A stretch of 64,000 nt of DNA from Lepidodermella squamata (lineage: Eukaryota; Animalia; Gastrotricha): positions 2,232,001 to 2,296,000 of the forward strand of contig JBLDXI010000033.1 in NCBI GenBank assembly GCA_047495785.1, given 5' to 3'. The notes beneath the pieces are model-generated. The model was given only the letters and a program-made list of their open reading frames with translations. It was not told the DNA's origin and searched no databases. Made by a program: the position numbers and the translations under genes. Below, in pieces: positions 38,739-52,367 of this stretch. Each line of letters begins with the position of its first letter. The stretch's first letter is position 1.

Positions 38739-41700
38739 ATGAAACGAGGACGGCCACGTAAATTTGCGACAGACGTCGAGGAGGTTGGAGAATCCTCTGT
38801 TTCAGAATTACCAGTCAATTCGAAGAAGATGAAAACCGAGAAGAAAGTTCGGAACCCCGAATCAACGGAAAACACCCCGATGCCGACCCCTCCGCCTTCA
38901 GCTACTCCAGTCGAAGAAATCACGAGTGATAAAAAGCCTGAAACAGACGAAAAGCCGCAAGTTGAAGAGAAACCTGCGTTGAGTCGAGCTGAGATTAAAT
39001 CAGCAAAAATTGCAAAATTGAAAGATCTTCTAGTCTGTATTCAACAATATGCTCAATTCACTGCGTCTCAGCTAGCCGGGCAGAAGAAATTTCATGCCGA
39101 GGCCGCGAAAAAGAAGTCGAAAGGAGCCAGTCAAAAAGTGGCCGAAATGTTTAACGGCGAGCTACGGGATTATCAGGTCGACGGGGTTCGCTGGCTGCAG
39201 ATGTTGCACGACTTGGCTGTCAACGGCGTGTTAGCCGATGAAATGGGCCTCGGAAAAACTGTCATGGTGATCGCTACCATAGCGAAAATCGTCCAATCCG
39301 GAGCTCCAGGTCCTTTCCTAGTCATCGCGCCGTTGTCGACCCTGCCCAATTGGGTCAACGAGATTCAACGGTTCGTTCCTGATATACCGATGGTGCTGTT
39401 TCACGGCGATGCGAAGAAGCGCAGGGGGCTGAGAGCTGAGATTGAGAAAATGTGCTCGTTGCCGAAAAAATACGCCCCGGCCGAGAAGGTTTGCCCGATT
39501 GTTGTCACTTCGTACGAAATGGTCATAGCTGATACAACCTACCTCTCCCGCGTGAATTGGCGAATGCTTGTGGTTGACGAGGCGCAACGGTAATTTTTTT
39601 CAACATTTTTAATAAAGTTTTGAATGATTTTGTTACAGGTTGAAAAATGAAAATTGTGTTTTGCGGTCGAAATTGCGCAAATTTACCACTCCTCGTCGTT
39701 TGATCCTTACTGGCACGCCCATTCAGAACAGCCTCACCGAGTTGTGGTCCCTCATGTCTTTCTTAATGCCGGACATTTTCAATACGCGTCTTTCTTCATT
39801 CGAATCTCTACTCGATGAAATTCTCTCCGATGATTCTTCAATCTGGGTTACTGATGAAATCGACGCTAAGCAGAAAGAAGAAATCGTGAACCTGCTGCAC
39901 GACGTTTGCTGATATTTTTCTGAATTTTCATGCAAATTTTGCTTCTTTTTTTTTACTCAGATTTTGCGTCCATTCATCTTGCGTCGGTTGAAAAGTGATG
40001 TCGATCTGTCGATTCCGCCGAAGAAGGAGCTTGTGCTACGTTGCCGGCTTACAGACAAGCAGAGCGAGTTGTACACGAAGCTCATCGATCACACGATCGA
40101 ACAAGCCGATAGAAGTCGCAAGGGCGAACTTCAGGAGGACGAAATCGCCGAAAGTGGAACAAGGCGTGATCGCCAGCAAACGGTCTTTTTCGGTGTTAAC
40201 GACGACACAGACTACGACCAGCCTGATATTGGTTTCTACGAATCGGTTCTCAAGCAACAAAAGCCTGAAACGACTTGCGACGATGACGGGGAAGATGACG
40301 ACGAAGATGACGACGACGATGCTGAGGAGAAAGAAGCTGAATTAGACGTCGATTTCTGGATTCAAAATGCTACAATGTCGCTGAGAAATACGATGATGCA
40401 ACTTCGAAAATGGTATAATTTATTACGGATTTATGTCATTTCAGCAGAGAAATTTCAGAAATCGACATTACAGAAAATTAAAATGATTTTTATTTTATCG
40501 TCATTTAAGTATCAACCAACGCGTCATTAAAACTCTGAATAATTAATTTTATTATTACTTAGGTTAAATCCGAAAACTACAAAACCCAAAAACTCGGAAT
40601 ATGTTTCCAATTATTTTTCGAAACTCAGAACTCATTTACTCCAAAAACTAGAAAATTCGGGAAACTCAGTAAAGTTTCAGAACGAACTCCAAGCCAAGAT
40701 CCGTTTCTGATGAGATCTGGCCATCGGGTGATCAAGAGACGCACACCAGTAAAAGACCTAATTTTCAAGGTTCAACGATAATTGGCGTTCAATGTTCAGA
40801 GGATCGAACGTTCAAGCGGTCGGTTAATTTGCTGAAACAATTTGCTGAAACCATCGAAGATTGCCTCGATCGTTTCGAGAAAAATTAGCAGATCTTCGTC
40901 CGCGGAAAGGCCGACGAATAGACTGTGGTTAGGACAGCATCAGGGAGCTGCTGGTCAAGTTGGAAATATTAAGCGTGGCGAGTGCGTTCGATGTGCGCAC
41001 CGATGTCGACTCTGTTAGCATGGCTTGGAAGCTGTCGTCAAGACGGATCAATCGTTGAAAGAAAATTGGCATTTCCGGATTCCATGGCCTGGCAAAAATA
41101 AAATGATGCTATACTTGCCACAGTACCTCTGACCTATCCTTGCCAATAGCAACAGGCAAATTCACGTGGAAGCCTTCGTCGCTCGCATCTGGGTCTTGTT
41201 GAGCGGGGTGGAAAGACTGCTGCTGCATTGAACCTAACTTGCAACTGATTTTCGTATAGAATATTGGAGAGGAAACAATTTTCAAAAGTTTTCGATTGGA
41301 CACTGAATGGGGTCGTGATGAAAATTATAACAAGACGTGTGGCTCTAATTTCGGACATTGCCTTAAACAAATAATAATAATGGCTTTATTTTTACTCCTT
41401 GCGACTGAGCATCTCTAACAGTTTCCCAGTTTCAGGGAGTGGGCATTATACTGCCTAACACAGGTATATACGGAATCATCTTTGCATGTCCAGGTCTGGG
41501 GCGAAGTGACTTGCTCAGGGCCGCAAGACTTTTTGGCGTTGCTTTGCGGGTAGTCGGGATCGAATGCACGACCTTCCTTAAGCAAAGGAAGTCTTTCAAC
41601 GTCTGAAGTTAGGAGCTTTGATTTAAGACAGTTTTCAAAATTAGACAGTGAAAATTTGACAAAGGAGAATAGCGCTCGATGAGAAGAATCTGGCCTGTAG

Positions 41701-43054
41701 GCTCTGATTTCGGACAGACATCCAATTGTCAACTGACAGTGGGACACGGTTTCAAGTTTCGAATGTCCCAAAATTAAACGCCACGATTATTCGATTCACC
41801 CCATCAGAGCTGGTCCTAGTCAAACCACAGCCCACTGCTTATAGGAATTCCAATTAAATTATTCTGAGTTTTCTAAGTTAATTACAATATTAATTTTTCG
41901 AGTTTTCAGATTTCAGATTTATTACTTTAAAATAATGTTGAGTTTTTCATTCTTAAATGACGCTCAGAAAAATTATTCATTAATTTTCGGAAGTGTCATG
42001 TTCTGAATTGACGCGATATTTCAGAGCAAAATTTCTGAAATGTCGTTATGCGGGTGCTCACTTGAACTTTTTTCGATTTCAGCGTGAATCATCCGTACTT
42101 GTTCCGAAATTCGTATGTGATAAATGAGCAGTTCATCAACGTTTCTTGCAAGTTGCGATTGATGGACGCGATGTTGCAGAAGCTTTTGCAAGATCCTAAA
42201 GCTGGCCATAAAGTCATTATCTACAGCCAGTTTGTCATGAACCTGGAGATTCTCGCTCAATACTGTGATTATCGAGGGGTTAGTTTATAAATTGATCGCC
42301 TTATTTTCACACTTCATTATTTTTTATTTAAAGTGGAGGTATGTTCGTATCGATGGTGCCACGAATCTTGAAGACCGTAGTAAATTCGTAAGTTGAAGGA
42401 TTCCCCGATTTTCAGAGCTCACGTCAGTGTATTTCAGATCAAGGTGTTCAACACCGATCCAAATGTGCTAATTTTCCTCGTTTCAACGCGTGCTGGCGGC
42501 CTGGGAATCAATCTGACGGCGGCTGATACCGTTTTTCTGTACGATTCCGACTGGAACCCACAAATGGACCTGCAGGCACGTGATCGCTGCCATCGCATCG
42601 GCCAAACGCGGCCTGTTGTTATCTATCGATTGATTGTTTCCAACACTATCGACGAACGAATGTGGGACTGCGCAACTGGCAAGCGGCGACTTGAACGCAT
42701 TGTCCTTTTGCAATGTAAGTCCTTTCAATGGCTCGTTTTATAAGGTGGACTGAACATTTTTTCGATCTAGCTGCTTTCGTTAGCGCCGCTGATTCGTTGC
42801 TAGGGGCGTCTTCGACTGCCGAGCAGCTTCAAGCTCAGAACAACCCGGCTAAGCCGACGAAACTCTCGTTCAGCATCAACGATCTCGTCGCGCTGTTGAA
42901 GCAGCGAGACTGGGAGGAAGAGGACGATTCAGCTTTCAGCTTCGACGCGCCGGAAGCCGAGGTCGATCGTCGGCTTGCAGTGTTACTGGATCGCAGTGAT
43001 TTGTACGAGGAAATGCGCAAGAGCCAATCGGCTAAACCAAGCTCTTCAAAATGA
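38739..43054 (+). CDS. HELLS: SNF2-family chromatin remodeller HELLS/LSH/DDM1 (multi-exon; long intron 40413-42082)
   Basis: [122 protein letters not shown]. Confidence 0.85.
40430..42050. mobile_element. Degenerate inverted-repeat element inside the long HELLS intron
   Basis: The AT-rich ends (about 40430-40690 and 41850-42050) are partly reverse-complementary (e.g. cgtcatttaag / cttaaatgacg); the intron is far longer than the local norm. Confidence 0.45.
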
Positions 43055-43428
43055 CATCCATGACTTTTTCAATTTTGCATTTCATTTTAAATCATATCAT
43101 ACTATCATTTCTGTGTATGTACTATGTATTAGTTTCTTAGAAGGTAACTTTGCTTGTTGCAGAGAATGCTTCATATCTATATTCACGTGTTGCGAACGAA
43201 TTAGTCGTAATTCTTTCAGTATGCATAATCATCTTTCCAGTTAACGGAAATAAAGAATCTGGCCCGGTTATTGACTTTTTTGACAAGTTTTATGCAGTAG
43301 TTTTTGCAGTAGTAGTATGCAGTAGTAAGCTGCCGAATTGAACCTCGGACTCAACAAATTAAATGTTAAAATTCTTAACTCAAGTAAAAATGTACTGAAA
43401 TTTAAATTTCATTTTTACATTTTTGGTA

Positions 43429-43807
43429 CCGTCAACTGAGGTGACTTTGGGCAGTGGGGTCACTTAGACGTACCAAAATGGGGTGACTTTGGCATATAAA
43501 AAATCGGAGAAGGTAAGGTGAGTGGGGTACCGTTACATTGCCTGGAGGAAATTCTGTCTGAAAATGGCATACGATTTTCATTTTGATCAGACGGCTCCAG
43601 TTGCACAGTCACGAAAGATTTAAATTTTTCGAAAATTACCCAAAACTTCACCTGCTATTTATTATATGTCCCTAGATGGGTTGTATTGATGTGCATTGCA
43701 CACATTCAGGCTGGCTTTTCCTTGGGCTATCCAACGGCATCCCACCCACGGGGTATTTACCTTACATTCTTCGATTTTTTATATGCCAAAGTCACCCCAG
43801 TTGACGG
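43429..43807. mobile_element. Tc1/mariner-pogo-like MITE, 379 bp
   Basis: TIRs CCGTCAACTG(A/G)GGTGACTTTGG flanked by TA on both sides. Confidence 0.85.
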
Positions 43808-44073
43808 TACACATTTTCCTCAGTATGTTTCTGATAATTTTCCGAATTCATTGATGGAAATTTCTCGGGTAAAATCCTGTAAAAAATAAAAGCGATAAAT
43901 AATTTTATTTTCACAATTAATTGTTGAATTTGTTGAGGTGAGAAATAAAAATTCCACCTCAACGAATAAATTGTAGCATTATTTCCTCAAATTTAGACAA
44001 AAACATTTGACGCGTCAAAATTTTCACGTAATTTTTAAGAACTAGAAACGAAACACGGCCACTGCGCTAACGA

Positions 44074-46493
44074 ATGAAATTATGGCTGTTCTGCTGTTCT
44101 GCTGTTTTGCTCTATTTCGCCAGTCGATCTTCCGGTGTTATAGAGCCATTCCCATTTCCTCTAACATTAGGTCCATTTGGTCATTTTGAGCTGTCTTATA
44201 AGGAGAAAGACGGACAGGAGGATGGGTCCGGATGGTCTGTTTTCTTTCCAAGGAAAGCGTCGGATGAAAATCGCAACGACTTTGGCAGTATTATGGTTGA
44301 TTTTGCTCATACTATTTCGCCTACTTGGTACGTGCCAGAATCCGAAAAGATAAAGGTATTGCTCACAAAACATATCAGGAAACCCCTTATAATGATAATG
44401 TTCACATTTTTACCTCGCTAGATGTGGACTATAAGCTATTCCATGATTGTCTACTACAGTGTAATCGATAATAATTGTACAAAGGAGCTGACAAAGGAGA
44501 ATGAAAATGATACTCGGAGAAACTGCGACGTCGATGGTCTACAAAGCTTTAAATTTGGATTTAAGGATGGAACTGCTTATTCTAATTTACCGGCTTCAGA
44601 AAAAATCATGAAGCTAATGGGCATAAAATGTAAAGCGAATCAGTTGGAAATCAAGTTCGAATCGAAGGATCAAAAGGGCAAATCGCTGAGGGATTTATGT
44701 GCTTTTAATATAACAGCCTTTATTTTCGATATGCATCTGGATGTAGAAGATCTTTATGCAGGACCTTCAATTCAGGTATTAGGAATTAGGAATGTAATGT
44801 TTGCAATAATATATAGCCCAACAATTATTTTATACAGGCGAGTGGTTGCAATATATCACAAAACGATGCTTGGACCGGCTGGAGATTGATGGCGCAAGCT
44901 TTCAAGAGTAATTGCGAGCACGATGAGGAGTCAAGGTGGAACTTTGAGAGTGACTTCACGATAGAATTTGATCACGCCGAATTCGAACAAATCAATGGAT
45001 TCAATAAATATAAGGATCATAGTCCCGTGTATAATTACTGGTATGCAATCAACTTCGACAAAGACACTTACACATTCAGACTTCCGCTAGCGTTGACGCA
45101 GCAACGACTGACATTCCCGAGTTATAACAGGGTTTGTGGCAGTGATATAAACGGCGTGCCCTGCATGTATATTTATACATGCGGTGACGCCTCGTTGGAT
45201 TGCATTTATGACTGCCGACCGAATAAGGACGTATTGCGCTGGTTCGAATGCAGAGAAGAAACTAATAGATTTCTATGGCAATACCCTATAACGAAAAAGT
45301 CGGAGGTGCGACTAACTAGGCATTTATTCATTTATCAGTCTTCAAATGATTTCACCATGACTCTTCGATGCCCGCAGTTCCTAGCGTGGGAGAATATCTC
45401 TTGGTATTATTTCGACAATGGCAAGTCACTTGAGTTTGAACCCGAATATTCGCAATCTATAAATTCTGATGAAGATGGAGATCGAACGTCGTTGGTTTTT
45501 GTAACTAACAGCATAAGTACTTTTCAAACTTGGTGGGCTATTCGTTGCGGACACAATTTTCCTGTGAAATATGCGAACGGAAAGGAACAAGACCTGTACA
45601 AAACATTGATGAACTATCATGTTACAGTCAACAACGCGCAAGATTCCCCCATCGAGTGGTGTGTTTTGTATGCAAACGATGTGCCGATTGTTGGTCCCGT
45701 GGCTGTATTTCCAGATTCTAACGACGCTCAGTTGCAGCTTCGCTTGTTATGCCAACCTGTGGACAAAACATGTGGTGATTCGTTAGCTTCTTACTTTGTC
45801 GATTACGACGATGAAGGCTTGTGGTTGCCGAACATTGAAATTAATTGGCATGGCGAGACCAAATACCGCAATAATTTCCAAATATTTCAGAAGTCCCTAC
45901 CGTCATGGTTGACTGTAAAAGTTACCCCGTTGTCTCTGGAAGACAGCTGTCAGATCAGTTTGAAGATTCGAATAAAGAAAGTTGGCAAAGCTGCGAACTG
46001 GGGTCACTTTGGGGCATTTACGATATCGATCTTCGATGATCATAACCCGAGCGAAATCATACCTCTCTACGATTTCGAAGTAATGACTTCGCGAGTGTAT
46101 GCGAATGAAAGAAGCCGCTTCTCTCCAACAGGAAATTTCTTCCCGAACGGTAAATTTTCACTGCTGAGAGGCGTTTTATTGATGTTTCGATAATTTTTGT
46201 ATTCCTTATTCATTTTTTTGCCAGCACCGCTTGAAGCTTTGACGACATTCGGTACTCGGCCGCCGAAATTAACAACTACTCGAGTCACGCAATCAACAAG
46301 TACGCCTTATGCGCCGACTGAATCCGTGCCTGAAGACGATGAACACTTTGTTCATCCTAATTTGTTCAAAACTTCGACGCCATTTTGGTGGCCTGACGAT
46401 ACATTTATCACGAGCGCTTGTAACCGAAAACTTGCGTACATTTTCGGCTATCTTCAGGTTATTCTCGGTTTGTGGACTAATTTTCTGAGGTGA
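44074..46493 (+). CDS. Unrecognised secreted, probably GPI-anchored Ig-like surface protein, copy A (exons about 44074-44355, 44422-44775, 44838-46149, 46226-46493)
   Basis: Signal peptide; phase-consistent GT-AG introns; Ig-like C..W..C spacing (TLRCP..ISWYY..AIRCG); S/T/P-rich stalk; hydrophobic C-terminus; conserved in copy B. Confidence 0.75.
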
Positions 46494-46604
46494 AATTAAA
46501 AAATGGAATGTTTAACCGATGATTTTTGGCTTCCTATCCCCTATCCACCTGGACCAGTTATCAGTTAAATATAACTGATAAAACTGAAATAAAAAAAATC
46601 AGGA

Positions 46605-46710
46605 CGTGCGGGATGACCTGCGGGATGTATCCCGCAGTGCATCCCGCAAGTGTCCGGCAGCTTCCCGCCCAAGTGCGGGATGACCTGCGGGATGAAGTGC
46701 GGGATGAACT
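46605..46710. repeat. Short GCGGGATG direct and inverted repeat cluster
   Basis: Several TGCGGGATG units plus inverted ATCCCGCA copies, just past the point where homology with copy B ends. Confidence 0.6.
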
Positions 46711-47160
46711 CTTTACGACCGATTATCCGACCCGTCAAGCCGTCAGGCTTGAACATATGAATCAACGCACTCGAACCTCTGATAATAAAATAAAAATAAT
46801 CATGCCGCCATATCTGCGCAGCTGAAATTTAACTGACTTTGCACGCAATTTCAGCGCGAACCAAGTATCGCCGGTCAATAAATCTTATATCGGCGGATAG
46901 CCCTCAAAATTCTGTACAAACTATCAGCGGCCGCTGTCCCAATTCGCCGCCGATCGTATCGAAATCGGCTTCAGAAATCGCGATTTTGGCCATGGCCGCA
47001 CGCCAATTTAAACGATCAGTCGTCCTGTTGTTTTTAATCTAAATTGTATATCCTTCATACATCTTCTTATACATCTTTTACATCTTCAGTAATAAGAATA
47101 AGCAATAATCGATGGTTGTGAGTTGTGAGACAGTTGGATAGTCCGTTTTTTTTACGTACA

Positions 47161-47286
47161 CCACTATCATCCTTGACGATACACCTAACAACGACAGACC
47201 GACAGACGGACCGGCCGCCGAGTGCGACCTACGACAACGGGAGTTCCCCGTCATTTCTAAAATTTTTGCGAATTTCATTGACGAAA
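47161..47286 (+). repeat. About 125-bp repeat (second copy 60791-60905), Helentron-associated (HINE/DINE-like) candidate
   Basis: GACAGACCGACAGACGGAC microsatellite followed by an ACGGG-agttc-CCCGT hairpin. Confidence 0.5.
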
Positions 47287-47347
47287 CGCGATGCGATGCG
47301 ATTTATTGACAGCGACAACCAGTGAATCAATAATAATTGTAATCACC

Positions 47348-47659
47348 CATAGAGATCAGATTAATCAGAGAAGAAACTCAATGCAAAAATTTTCTGAAAA
47401 AAGTCAGCGAGTTTTTTAAGAAGGATTTTTTTATTCCGAATTATTATCGATGGCCTAGAAACTGCATATTTTTGTTTTGCATCTTGAAAACTGACATTGA
47501 GCATACATAGAGAAACCTGATGACTAAATTTGATGTTTTCCCGTAAGCTCGAAGAGGGCAGGTATTATTAAAATTCCTCCTTAATGAAAAAATTGCGAAA
47601 TGAATTTGTACAGAATTTTTTCTGCATCAGTTTCCTCTCTGGTTAATCTGATCTCTATG
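47348..47659. mobile_element. P-like MITE, 312 bp
   Basis: TIRs CATAGAGATCAGATTAA..; 8-bp target-site duplication (TSD) TAATCACC. Confidence 0.88.
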
Positions 47660-47830
47660 TAATCACCATAGAAGGAAACAAAAAAGAACAAAAAATTAAT
47701 ACGGCCAATAAATCGTAGTAGGTACTTATAGTTAATATTCGTTGTAATCTTCCTTCACTTTAATGTAAAATAAAATTGCATTTTGAAATTATCTGCATAA
47801 TTCTCATAAACATCTCAAATCGATTTCAGG

Positions 47831-48421
47831 GTGGCTTTTCCAGATTTTTCTGCCGCTCTGCTGAACAATAGGCGGTCGAGTTCTTGCTGCGGAACTCGAA
47901 CAACGATGTACGACGGCATCATCGGGTCGAAGTTCAACTACTGCGACGCCGTCATCGATCAGGGCTGCAAGACCCAGCTGGATCGACTTCAACACGCGCA
48001 AAACAAAGCCGTTCGTGCCGTTCTCGACGTCAGTCCTGACGTGCCCGCCGATGAAGTTCTCGTGCGATTGCGATGGGTGAATCTGCAAGGCAAACGACTG
48101 GTCCACCTGGCTACAACCATGTGGAAGTGCAGCAGGGATCCTGAGACCCCCGAGGCACTCTCGTCGCTAGTCAAGCCGATGAACCAACAGCATGACCACA
48201 ACACTCGAGGCGCCGCCACCGGGAAGTACGTCAAACCATCGTGCAAGCTCGCCACAGGCCAGCGCTCGTTCCCAACCAAGGCCATCCAGTGGTGGAACCA
48301 GCTGCCAGCGAAGATCAGGCTGTCCGCTTCCACAAAGGCGTGCCGGCAAGCCACGCTCGAATTCCTACGCGAACAGGCCAAACACGACGCCATCATCAAG
48401 GTGAAGAGCGAGCGAAAGTAG
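47831..48421 (+). mobile_element. 5'-truncated CR1/L2-type LINE (C-terminal part of ORF2)
   Basis: YCDAV..LDRLQHAQNKAVRAVL..LRW..HDHNTRG..GQRSF....WWNQLP..IR motif string. Confidence 0.8.
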
Positions 48422-50441
48422 AAGGAACTCAACGCCTCTCTGCAGCCGCAGGTCGCGTTCAATCCGTACTCCAAAGCCGCCTTCGTCTACAACTACGTGC
48501 CAAACTAAATGAGTTTTCCAAATTTCTATTTATATTTTTCAAAGCCTATACTCAACCAAATGTAATATACTTTATTTTCTTTTATAGCTCCGTCATTAAA
48601 TTATCTATATTTTAGCTCCGTGGAATTACCTCTTGTAAATTATCTCTACTCTTGTAAATAATTCTCCAACTAGTCTTTTGGTAGCTTTCTTGCTACGACG
48701 GCGTTTGTAGGCTTCGCTGAGTGAGTGGAAAAGCCACCTGGGCACTAATGCCTGGGCCCTGGAGAAACAGTCAGCAATAACTGGAGTACCAGGGGTAGGG
48801 ATTTCAATCAAGTAGTTAGTAAACCAGTTCAAACTTTCCTAGAGCGTAAGCTCGCGATTTTCTCACAAGCTCCGCCTTATGGCGAAAGCTTGAGTCCGTC
48901 AGGGCGAGGAGAAATCGTAATTCCTGATCCTGATTCCTGATCCTGATCCTGCGGGCATTTTCTTTCATTCCAAGGACATTGAGTCATCAAACGGCTAAGT
49001 AAACACCAGTTCGAGGTCACCAACTTCTCGTGACAGGCTTTGCATGCCGAATTAACGTAGACTTGATTGCCGAAGACGGAATCACACCTTATTAACAACA
49101 GACATTTTCCGAGTGACTCTCCCAATTCTCGGTGGTAAGTTTCAGCAAAAGAAACACAATTGCGTACCGGGTTGATCGAAAACTCACGACTGCCGAGGTT
49201 GCTTTCCAGTTTGTCCCGACGGATCGCTAAATATCGGTTCCTGATAACCGTTTTCGCCATAACTCGGTTGATTCCCGGCTTCAGAAATCCCTTCAGGCCA
49301 ATGTTACCTAGCTCCTTTTCGGCACGATCCACTTTAATTTAATCGCATTGACGTTTTAATCATTTTCTGGGCAAAAAATGCCGCACTGAGCAGGCTATCA
49401 GACTTGGCTTCGCGCATGCGCAAATAATGCCGAATCGCACACATTTTTCTTTCGTCATCCGCGTCTGGCATCCAGATTTCTCTTTCCAACAACCGGTGGC
49501 TTGTGCAAGTCGGCAATTTCAGCGCCCGCTTTATTAATCGCCACTGGATCGGAGGCGCCGCTTTCTGCCGGTCTAGTCCCCATATTTCTGCGCCGTATAA
49601 GCCGGCCGCCAATATGACGCCGCGGAATACAACGCGCAAATTCCCAATCGGCAGTTGGTCAAATTTCTCAAACAAAGTCGGTAAGATGCCGGCTAAACGA
49701 GCCATTTTCAGGTGTGCTTGTTTGATCGCTTCCTTGTAGGTAAGCCCTTCGTCGAACCAGGTATTTGAACTTGTCAACACGTTCTAGCAAGGTTCCGTTC
49801 AATTCGAGTGGTCTACCTTCGTCTTCCTGGCCGAATAACATGTACTGCGTCTTCCGCTTGTTTACCGCGATGTCATTCTCCCATTCGTAATTAGCAAGCT
49901 GATTCAGGTAACCAACCATCTCGTGATGGTGCGCCGCCAAAATCACAACGTCATCGGCGAACAAAATGCATCGCACGCTCTTCATTCCCAGGGGGAGCCC
50001 GGGGACTCCGGGGATCAACAACTTATCTTCCAGATCGTCGATAAATAAACAAAACAGAAGGCCTTCGTGTCACTGTACATACCTCGCAAAACTGAAATAA
50101 AACGTAGCTCCTTTCAAGCTTTCGAAAAAGTTTATACGGTTTATTCGGTCGAAGGCCGACGAGAAATCCACGAAAGTAGCGTAGACCCTTGGGTTTCTTT
50201 CCAACCAATACGCCAATACCGCGTGTAGCACCATTGCCGCGTCAATAGTGGACAAACCTTCTTGGAAACCGAACTGACATTGTTTTAACCGTTGTAGCCA
50301 CAATCTTAGCCGCCCGTCCAGAATTTTCGAGAATATCTTTGCGACACACGGCTGTAATGAGATCGGGCGGTAGTTCCCGAGATCACTCGTATCGCCATGT
50401 TTGTATATCGGAGTAATCAAGGCCGTCTTCCACTCTTCTGG

Positions 50442-50850
50442 ATGTTTAAACCAACGTACTCAAAGGTTCGCGGCATGCTGAGCATGAGCTACCGAGGCCC
50501 TGATCTATGGAACCAGCTCCCGGTCAATGTCCATCAGTCTGAAACAGCTCAGACCTGCAGGGAAGCCACCTACTCGCACTTCTACGAAAAAAATGCTGCA
50601 AAATTGAAATTAAAATGAAGCTCTATATATTCTATTTTTATATTTCCTTATCCACGGTAAAGAAAAAACGGTGAGCTGCCGTTGTTGTAATATTGTTTCG
50701 TTTTACTTATCGTTGACTCAATTATGTCATCTCCAATTGTCCTATCCTTTTGTAACTGTCCTGCAATTATCTGTTTCCTTTCAAACTTAACTTTGTCGAG
50801 CTGCCCTCTCTGGGTGTCATAGCTTTGAAATAAAATAAAATAAATAAATA
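50442..50850 (+). mobile_element. 3' fragment of a CR1/L2-type LINE inserted into the host RT
   Basis: SYRGPDLWNQLP motif and (AAATA)n tail; removing it rejoins the host KILEGNP..PEEWKTALITP. Confidence 0.75.
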
Positions 50851-50978
50851 AGGGTTACCTTCCAGGATCTTCGTAAACATAACGCTCAACATGGGTGCCA
50901 TAGTTTCCAGGTTTTTACGAATCTCAGTGTACCCAATGCCGACAATACCAGCAACTATTCTATTACTTAGTCTTCGCT

Positions 50979-51458
50979 AATTTCATCATTTCATGATGAA
51001 ACCAAAGCAATATTTGTGAAAACTACCTCAGCACCCGCGTAAGCTATTGCCCAAAATGCTACTAAAGCCAAATTTTTTGAGGTTCTATCGCTTCTATTCG
51101 AGATATCAGCTTCGCCTGATTGTTCTAATCATTTTTGGGGAGTAGGGAGGGGCCTTATACCTAAAAAATATAAAAACTACCCAAGGAAAACATCTTTGCC
51201 GTTCATTCTACTTACTCCTTAGTTTCTGCGAAAAAAATAATTATTTTGTCGATCTGATCGCATATTTGAAAAGATTATATATCTAGCTTCAATTTGATAT
51301 ATAATTCATCCCATTCGGGTTTCGTATTCGCATACAGCGAACCTTCGAAGATCGAGTAAATCCTTAGGTAGAAAAAAGTAAGAAAATGAATAAAATGAAT
51401 ACGCTGATAATCATGAAAAAATAAACGCGTTTTTCTTTCATAAAAATAATGAAATTGC
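50979..51458. mobile_element. Degenerate MITE-like insertion in LINE ORF2
   Basis: AT-rich block with imperfect TIRs (AATTTCATCATTTCATGA / TCATAAAAATAATGAAATT); TSD not resolved. Confidence 0.45.
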
Positions 51459-52367
51459 AAAGTAAAAAAGGTGTATTTTCAAAGTAACCTCACGGCCCAA
51501 AACCCTGCACAGGTGTTCTCGAAATGCGCCGACCGTAGGCATCTTAGGCTGTGTCTCTTTTTTCTTCAATTCCCAAACCTTATTTGGGTTTTCTAGCAAA
51601 TAACGCAGTCTTTCACTATCAGAGAGAGCGGCGAGTCTGTTCGGTCGTACGTGGTTCGGCACAGACTTTAGCTTATGCCATTTCCAAACCGGTTTCTTAG
51701 ACCTTTCCGCCACATCCGCCAAGCCCCAAGCCATTTCCGCTGCTGTTTCGTCGCCTTGCAATTGCGCAGCGAGGTTTCGCAATTCGGTACCAAATATTCT
51801 TCCGTCGATGTGTAACCGCTCTAGGGTAGGCTTCTCTCTCGTGAGCGTGATTTCAAGTCCTCGATGGTCAGAAACGTTGTCACTTGTGTCTACCACCGCC
51901 ATCTTTTCCACCCGGTGAAAGCTCTCAAAATTAATCAAGGCGTAGTCCAATACAGATCCACTCTGGGGTCGTGTTACTTCGCAACTTTCATCAGGCGTAA
52001 TTCTACCATTCACCACGATCAGATCATTGCAGTTGATGAATGGACCGGAAGTGATCCTATCTCGGAAGTGGCGATGGGTATGAAAATTCTGCAAAAGCCA
52101 TTCGATCCGGCGGGGCCCTTTTCTTTTTCTTTGTTAACTTTCTTTGTTGGCAAGAGCTCAGATGTCCATCGTTAATTCTCGACGAACCGTAAAATTGTTT
52201 CGCAATCTCGCCTTTAGATTCCGTTTGCCTCGCGGGTTTGCGCCATAGGTACCTAACTGTGGCAGCTAAGCAACATGCTGCTTATCGTTTTCTTGACACG
52301 TAATATGGTAACTTTTGACGAGGAATTCAATGGTGACATCTGTTTTACGATAGCAGTGAGTCCTGTG

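Noticed and set aside
46605-46710. CRISPR-like repeat array
   Set aside because: Eukaryotic context, 8-9 bp units, no regular unique spacers
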